Program-made: the position numbers and the translations under genes
Shown here: positions 16,801 to 21,801 of the stretch, one piece after another
Layout of the letters: each line of letters starts with the position of its first letter
Position numbering within the stretch: position 1 is the first letter of the stretch
Source: Candidatus Muiribacteriota bacterium
GTDB taxonomy: Bacteria > Muiribacteriota > Muiribacteriia > Muiribacteriales > Muiribacteriaceae
NCBI GenBank assembly: GCA_051747805.1
Contig: JBNJGP010000035.1
Location: forward strand, 5,277-27,077
Length of the DNA stretch: 21,801 bases
Direction: 5' to 3'
The notes under the pieces: generated by a model
The model's database searches: none
What the model was told of the DNA's origin: nothing
Seen by the model: only the letters and a program-made list of their open reading frames with translations

Positions 16801-17802
16801 TCGAGCTTAACTCTTGAAGAAGTTATGAATAAACTTTATTATATAGCCTCTCTCTTTGAAGAAAGAAATATGGAAAAAGAGGCCATACATTTTTATCGCG
16901 AAATTTTTGCAAGAGATGTTAACTTTCGTGATGTAAAAGAAAAAATCGAGAATCTGGATACTAAAATTTTAATGAGCAAAACAGTTGATGAAACAACAGG
17001 GCTTAGTCTTTCAATAAGACGACGGTATGAAGATATTTCCGAGCTGGGTAAAGGTGGAATGGGAGTGGTTTACAGAGCAAGAGATAAAAAACTTGGAAGA
17101 ATGGTCGCATTGAAGGTAATGCTTTCAGAATTCCTTAATAATAAAGGGGCTGTTGACAGATTTTTAAAAGAAGCAAGGGCTATTGCCGCCCTTAATCACC
17201 CTAATATAATCAGTATATTTGACGTAAACTCTGAAGAAAATGTATATATTGCCATGGAATATTTTGATGGAAAAAATTTAAAACAGCTTCTGCAGAAGAA
17301 AAAAATAATTCCTCTGGATAACGTTATAGAATACGGACAAAAAATTTGTGATGGTCTTGGATACGCTCATGAAAATGGGATTGTTCACAGAGATATTAAA
17401 CCAGAAAATATTATGGTTGATGATAGAGGTAATTTAAAAATAATGGATTTTGGACTTGCAAGAATTGAAACCGAGGAGGCGGCGAAAGCTGGTGAAGTTA
17501 TGGGTACGCCTTATTATATGTCCCCTGAACAAATTAAGGGAGACCCTGTAGATGAGAGAACTGATATTTATTCATTTGGTGTTACTTTGTATATGATTTT
17601 AACTGGTAAGCTTCCTTTTTCTGAGGGAGATATAAAATCCAAACATTTAAAAGAAACCCCTGTTGAACCACGTGTTTTAAATTCTGATATTTCTGAAAAA
17701 ATGAGTGAAATAATAATGAAATGCCTTGAAAAATACTCAACTGACCGATATTCTAATATGAAAGAAATTAAAAAAGAGCTTAAAAAAGTAAAATATGTTT
17801 AA
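13825..17802 (+). CDS. Membrane-spanning TPR-repeat Hanks-type Ser/Thr protein kinase (1325 aa)
   Basis: Signal peptide; N-terminal TPRs (AYYYLGLIYY...ALEIDP); single TM at about aa 273-294 (nt 14641-14706); long helical TPR-like region; C-terminal kinase from about aa 1068 with GKGGMGVVY, VALK, HRDIKPEN, DFG, GTPYYMSPEQ, DIYSFG. Confidence 0.95.
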   Translation: MKKIIFTFILINIVLITYASSVDKHLIDGIQAYQNREFQKAINHFNRAIDLSPRVGEAYYYLGLIYYRENELARAERNLKKALEIDPRWSSVLEKLGQIYYEQGRDEQAKKTFSDALKFNENSKEALEFFSEYYYNKKEFDKAEEFLIRLEENSSLSAELSKMLGLIYLKRQHYDKALTFLNRYSGMFPFDKDIANRLILLRMLKNDKLDLSDNIILHIKNLLKQPELSERDVQAEIARLLSQEQDDNKVVEEEKTFEIPEVSFTQNTFIDKLIFTLAGIFFFGGLGFAAFFIWKKIDFSKSTSLNYLKKKTKITKKMIEETNDEETLISYLEALKNNNQDTGLEILLLKKIGKKNPEFLYSAAIKLEENGNNTEALKILKQIKDSCGSDMYFEVLMDIIRINLKLGDSEKAVDVFRKINKIGKINMNTFNKKIQLLPKSIWNDFIFFENIIDFFLSRENTAQAISKSEKFMELTDSEENKIKMARKMVNILSENNLNREAVKIYKKLIEAQPESIENYYGIVDALLAAGDMSEARPYISTVIKGFSDEKENFVNNLIIYLKKGEKKPESFLMLTDILSDDDALYTQIREIYELFVENFPSEDNYFKYYEFLIQNDEEEGLNLIFKFVENDWTKYYNRFLDDLNNYLQKNPDDMEKVRLMANILDLSGRYAESHILFKKIFHFNPDDKQNLLNLFKTASFLQREDDILEYGNKILSLNKNIQKQAVEFLKIDNESSLQLQILHSRLMVNIGREGEAFEKLRYMEIKQPDNIKLKEFFASLLKDFYPKEALEKYKALIKINSENVYYWYEAAELLARLNVRNQAYKAYAKLLKLTEESAYIEEAIKFFINFGFFDYALKNLHRLEDKELLKKYEKKLLLEKSRFEFKILNSIQKGGDVPEEAVNHIIAGNNIAVEPTRRVREKYEKLDSQGIKLEMIEKYYYMELYDEGIELAQEILKENEHWKPRFYLGRFFLQKELNDISFREFANIKWSDSSLTLEEVMNKLYYIASLFEERNMEKEAIHFYREIFARDVNFRDVKEKIENLDTKILMSKTVDETTGLSLSIRRRYEDISELGKGGMGVVYRARDKKLGRMVALKVMLSEFLNNKGAVDRFLKEARAIAALNHPNIISIFDVNSEENVYIAMEYFDGKNLKQLLQKKKIIPLDNVIEYGQKICDGLGYAHENGIVHRDIKPENIMVDDRGNLKIMDFGLARIETEEAAKAGEVMGTPYYMSPEQIKGDPVDERTDIYSFGVTLYMILTGKLPFSEGDIKSKHLKETPVEPRVLNSDISEKMSEIIMKCLEKYSTDRYSNMKEIKKELKKVKYV

Positions 17803-17997
17803 AATTAAAATAAATCAAACTTTATTACTTTATGATGTTCTCTGTAAAAAATCTTATAAGTACATTTCATGCATTCAAGTTTATTATGATTAAACTCGTT
17901 AATATTTGAAATTTTCCTCATTTTTTTACCGCACATTGGACAGTTCATAAGAAAACCCCCTCAAATTATTTACTCTTAAATTTTTATCGTCTTTTGT

Positions 17998-18024
17998 TAA
18001 AAAAAAATTTAATTTTACCGATAA
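17998..18024 (+). promoter_or_regulatory. Sigma28 (FliA/SigD)-like promoter
   Basis: TAAA (17998-18001)-N15-ACCGATAA (18017-18024), one mismatch from TAAA-N15-GCCGATAA; SD GGGAG follows before ATG 18055. Confidence 0.45.
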
Positions 18025-18054
18025 ATTATAAAAAGCAGTATATGGGAGTAATAA

Positions 18055-19122
18055 ATGAAAAAAAATGTTTTAATTTTGTTTATATTTTTCTTTGTTATAG
18101 TAATTTATTGTGAAAATGATTTAGATAAAGTGTCAGATCAGTTAATACAGTCTGGATATTCAACAATTCTAAAGAATATTGAAGAAACAAGAACTCGATA
18201 CAAGAGTATATATCCCGATGGTCAGCCAAAAGAGCATGCAGCAGATAATATCTATGGTGATGACTATGTAATTAAGGATATAGATGATGTAGATGACGGT
18301 TTTAAAGATAAAGTAATTATGTACTATCCTGCTGTTACGGGAAATACTTTAAGAGGATTAACAGGACTTGTTAATACAATAGCGGCTGGTGGTTTAAAAA
18401 AAGGGGAATATGCAATTGGCGGCAAGCTTGTAATGTCTAAAATACAAAAGTCAAATGGTGATAAAATAGATTTTGCTTCCGGCGAAAAGGCGGACATCAG
18501 CTCGTTTTATACAACGGCGGCAATGGGAGTTTCAGATAATTTTGAAGTTGGTTATTCACTTCCTATGAGCTCATTTACAATAAATTCTTCAGACCTTTAT
18601 CCTTACGATGTAAATGAATCTGGAGTAGGAGATGTTGCTTTAAGGGGTAAATTTTCTTTTCCTTTTGGAAATGAAGATGGATATGCTGGTCTTGGTTTTG
18701 GAGTTAAACTTCCCTCCGGAAACGATGAAAAAATGTCTCCGGCAGGAGCAACTGGTGAGCCTGAAATTGAAATACTTGCGCTTGCAAGCTCTAAATTTGG
18801 TTTAATAAATGGTCATTTTAACCTTATTTATTCTTTTACAGGAAGTAAAGATGATAATAACAAACCCTATACATATAATGATAATCGCTTTTTATTTAAC
18901 TTAGGTCTTGATTATTCAAGAAATGAAATTGTAACACTAATGCTTGAAATTACTGCAGAGGACTGGGGGGCCTATGGAAACAGGGCAGATTTTGTTCCTG
19001 GAGTAAGAGCCAAAATTGATGAAAACATAAGTGCTGAGATAGCCTTCCCGATATCAATCACAAATGAGCAGTATTATGGATATAATTACAAAATGTTAAT
19101 GGGCATGGCATATACTTTTTAA
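18055..19122 (+). CDS. Putative outer-membrane beta-barrel ('transporter'/MetA-phenol-degradation-like family)
   Basis: Signal peptide, amphipathic beta-strands, GVGDVALRGKF and GVKLPSG motifs, C-terminal ...GMAYTF beta-signal. Confidence 0.65.
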   Translation: MKKNVLILFIFFFVIVIYCENDLDKVSDQLIQSGYSTILKNIEETRTRYKSIYPDGQPKEHAADNIYGDDYVIKDIDDVDDGFKDKVIMYYPAVTGNTLRGLTGLVNTIAAGGLKKGEYAIGGKLVMSKIQKSNGDKIDFASGEKADISSFYTTAAMGVSDNFEVGYSLPMSSFTINSSDLYPYDVNESGVGDVALRGKFSFPFGNEDGYAGLGFGVKLPSGNDEKMSPAGATGEPEIEILALASSKFGLINGHFNLIYSFTGSKDDNNKPYTYNDNRFLFNLGLDYSRNEIVTLMLEITAEDWGAYGNRADFVPGVRAKIDENISAEIAFPISITNEQYYGYNYKMLMGMAYTF

Positions 19123-19123
19123 T

Positions 19124-19579
19124 ATGTTTAATATTGTATTAGTCGAACCTGAAATCCCGCAGAACACCGGAAATATTGTCAGGCTTTGTGCTGCCACGGA
19201 TTCTGTATTGTATCTAGTTGGTAAACTTGGCTTTTCAACTGAAAATAAATATTTAAAAAGGGCCGGCCTTGATTACTGGGAATTTGTAAATGTTCAGTTC
19301 AGAAATTCGTTAGAAGATTTATTTATAGAAAATAAGAATGACAATTTTTATTTTTTTTCAAAAAAAGCCTCGAAAATATATTCAGAAATTAACTTTGAAA
19401 AAGGAGATTTTCTGGTATTTGGGAAAGAGAGTTTTGGTCTTCCCGAGAAACTTCTGGAAGAAAATAAAAAAAGAAGTTTAAAAATTCCAGTTAAAAATGT
19501 ACGCTCGCTGAATTTGGCAAATTCTGTTGCTATTACTCTGTATGAGGGTTTAAGACAGAACAATTTTTTTAATGGTTAA
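19124..19579 (+). CDS. trmL: tRNA (cytidine/uridine(34)-2'-O)-methyltransferase TrmL
   Basis: NIVLVEPEIPQNTGNIVRLCA, KRAGLDYW, FGKESFGLP, RSLNLANSVA SPOUT motifs. Confidence 0.96.
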   Translation: MFNIVLVEPEIPQNTGNIVRLCAATDSVLYLVGKLGFSTENKYLKRAGLDYWEFVNVQFRNSLEDLFIENKNDNFYFFSKKASKIYSEINFEKGDFLVFGKESFGLPEKLLEENKKRSLKIPVKNVRSLNLANSVAITLYEGLRQNNFFNG

Positions 19580-21470
19580 AATATTTCAGATAGACTTTTA
19601 ATATTTCTGCGCAGCTCCAGGCCTGCATAGGAGCTCCCTGTGCTTTATTAGGAGAATCTCCGTCAAAAATTTCTGGTATAAAACCACATCCTGTTTTAGA
19701 GCAGTTTTCAAAAATAAAATTCTTAACTGATTTTTTAATAAATTTACATGAAATTTCTGAAAAGTTGTTTGTTTTTAAAAAAGCTTCAAAATAGGCTCCT
19801 GTTAAAAAAGGCCAGACGGTTCCCTGATGATAACAGGAGTCTCGTTCAAACCAGTTTCCTTTATATTCTCCTTTATAATCTTTTTCTACAGGCGACAGGG
19901 TTCGTATTCCTGATTTCGTATGTAAATGTTTAGAGCATATAATAATAATTTTTTTCATTTTATTTTTATTAGTCACAACGTTAAATGGTAGAGAAAGTGC
20001 ATAAAGTTGATTAGGTCTAAGCTGTGAATTGATTCCATTTTCGCAGATAAAGTCATTTAAATAATTTTTATCTGGATTCCAGAACTTTTTATTAAAATTT
20101 TCTTTTATATTCTCGCCCAGGTTAAAAAAGTTAATTGCATTATTGTTTAAGTTTATTTTTTTTGAAAAAAACTCCATTATTTTAACAGCATTATACCAAA
20201 GAGCGTTAATTTCAACGGTTTTTCCGTAACGGGGAGTAAAAACAACTCCTTTATTTTTTGCGTCCATCCAGGTAAGCTGAGTTTTTTTACTTCCTGCTTG
20301 TATTAAAAAATCTTCTTTATCCATTTTTATATTATTGATAGTTCCTTTTCTGTAATAAAAAATAATTTTGTTTAAAAAAGGATAGTACTTATCGATAACT
20401 GACTTGTCCTTTGAACATATATAAAACTCATAAACTGCGTTAATAAGCCATAAAGAGGCATCTGCAGTATTAAAAAGTGTCTGACTTGACTCAAGTATCA
20501 CGTTTGGAATAATTCCTTTTTTTCCTTTTAATAGAAAAGAATCTATGACCTGATGGGTTTCCTTATAATGCTTTTGATAAATGAGAAGTCCTGGTAGCGA
20601 TATAAAAGTATCTCTGCCCCATGGACCGAACCATGGATATCCTGCCATAATATAAATTTTGTCATTATTATTTACTATAAAATTTTTAGAGAATTTTGAA
20701 AAATAATGAATTGAGCGTCTGTTAAATTTTATTTTATCTTTTAGTTTAAGTATCTTTTTTTCTCTTTCTGAAGTGCCAAAAGATATGTTGAGCTCGTTTT
20801 TCTTTTTATAAAAGCTGTAATTGTAATAACCCGGCGAGGAAACCCCGAGCTTATGTTTTACCATTTCATAATCAAATTCATTTTTTAAAAAAAGGTCTTT
20901 ATTAAATTTTTTTTTGATAAAATTCGATTTTCTGTCAATTTTAAATAGAAAATTTTCATTAATTATAATATCTCCAGTGTTAAAAAAATCTTCGGTAAAG
21001 TCATTAAGTGAATCTGTTTTTCTCTTTTCAAAATATGGTCTTATAAAAAAGGAAAGCTTTTTTAAGCTGTTATTTTCTATTATATATTTAATTTTTAAAA
21101 TCCCGTCATTTTCAGAGTAAAAAATTTTTATTATTTTGATATCTTCAATAATATAAGTGTACTTTACTTTATCAGGCAGTACTGAAATTTTTTTAATATG
21201 GTTAAAGCCTTCGGGTAGGTAATTTTTAGAGTCAAGCTGACAGGAATAAAGGTTGTAGAATTTACCATTAATATCTATTGTTTCGTCTATTGAATGGAAA
21301 TATGAGGTTCTGTCAACAGGTGGATTTAAAGCGCAATTATATAAAGAATGGTACCGCCTTGAAGGAATTAAAAGCAAATTCTGCATAGAATAAGAACCGT
21401 TTCCCAGCGAAATCAACCATTCGTTTTGTCTGAGTTTATAATAGTTATTTTTATTATTTTTGAAAATCAT
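19569..21470 (-). CDS. Amylo-alpha-1,6-glucosidase / glycogen debranching enzyme (GDE_N + GDE_C)
   Basis: EWLISLGNGSY, RRYHSL, AGYPWFGPWGRDTFISLPG, TWMDA, TPRYGKTVEINALWYNA, RPNQLYA, YHQGTVWP, EIFDG, QAWSCAE. Start is uncertain (ATG 21470 chosen; TTG 21506 possible). Confidence 0.93.
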   Translation of the reverse strand: MIFKNNKNNYYKLRQNEWLISLGNGSYSMQNLLLIPSRRYHSLYNCALNPPVDRTSYFHSIDETIDINGKFYNLYSCQLDSKNYLPEGFNHIKKISVLPDKVKYTYIIEDIKIIKIFYSENDGILKIKYIIENNSLKKLSFFIRPYFEKRKTDSLNDFTEDFFNTGDIIINENFLFKIDRKSNFIKKKFNKDLFLKNEFDYEMVKHKLGVSSPGYYNYSFYKKKNELNISFGTSEREKKILKLKDKIKFNRRSIHYFSKFSKNFIVNNNDKIYIMAGYPWFGPWGRDTFISLPGLLIYQKHYKETHQVIDSFLLKGKKGIIPNVILESSQTLFNTADASLWLINAVYEFYICSKDKSVIDKYYPFLNKIIFYYRKGTINNIKMDKEDFLIQAGSKKTQLTWMDAKNKGVVFTPRYGKTVEINALWYNAVKIMEFFSKKINLNNNAINFFNLGENIKENFNKKFWNPDKNYLNDFICENGINSQLRPNQLYALSLPFNVVTNKNKMKKIIIICSKHLHTKSGIRTLSPVEKDYKGEYKGNWFERDSCYHQGTVWPFLTGAYFEAFLKTNNFSEISCKFIKKSVKNFIFENCSKTGCGFIPEIFDGDSPNKAQGAPMQAWSCAEILKVYLKYFNH

Positions 21471-21801
21471 TAAAAAAATCCTAGTATTCGCGATGATTAA
21501 GTACAACTTGTCTTTTTCGGTGTTTATAGAGTTTATTTAATTTTTCGATTTTTTTTTCAAGTTTTTTTTTGTCTTTTTCTTTATCAATATGTTTGTATGT
21601 TTTTATATCATCGAGTGGGTTTGAGGATTTATAATTTTTCATCAATAATATAATAACAGAGAAATTTTAAATACTCAATCTTCTCACCTCTCACGGCTCT
21701 TCTCGGCTTAAAATTATATTACTTCAAAAATCACAAAAAACCGCTTATAAGAGCAGTTATTGTCCCACACTTACTTTAAAGAATTATATAAAAACGAACT
21801 T

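Noticed and set aside
113..21120. Short antisense or alternate-frame ORFs in the track (e.g. 113-382, 1165-1455, 3260-3472, 4056-4346, 11410-11652, 12456-12647, 14841-15371, 19348-19563, 19748-19933, 20914-21120)
   Set aside because: They overlap well-supported genes and have no recognisable motifs, so they are shadow ORFs.
21679..21709. Short TCTCAC/TCTTCTC/CGGCT duplications near the window end
   Set aside because: Only two copies of 5-7-mers; cannot be distinguished from chance without the downstream sequence.

Overview
AT-rich window from a diderm (outer-membrane-bearing) bacterium; I cannot assign the taxon from sequence alone. Left to right it holds: an AMIN/STN-containing PilQ-like secretin; a large GspG/type IV pilin-like protein with its own promoter and terminator; and a six-gene overlapping operon that looks like a lipid-linked-sugar protein-glycosylation pathway (DPM1-like GT2, UPF0104/LPG-synthase-TM flippase-like protein, lipoprotein, putative GT-C, DUF2723/TMEM260-like GT-C, Wzy_C/O-OTase-like protein with TPR). 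These are followed by a divergent stand-alone EF-G paralog, a patatin, a 1325-aa N-out TPR receptor-type Ser/Thr kinase, a putative outer-membrane beta-barrel, trmL, and a convergent glycogen-debranching enzyme. The most unusual signal is non-coding. Arrays of 13 mini-hairpins with variable sequence but fixed geometry, joined by a near-constant TTTACT/AGTAAA linker, lie on both sides of the secretin gene. They form a 57-bp inverted repeat around the gene with compensatory stem changes, and the two downstream arrays can pair into a ladder of four-way junctions. All family assignments come from motif recognition, not database searches.
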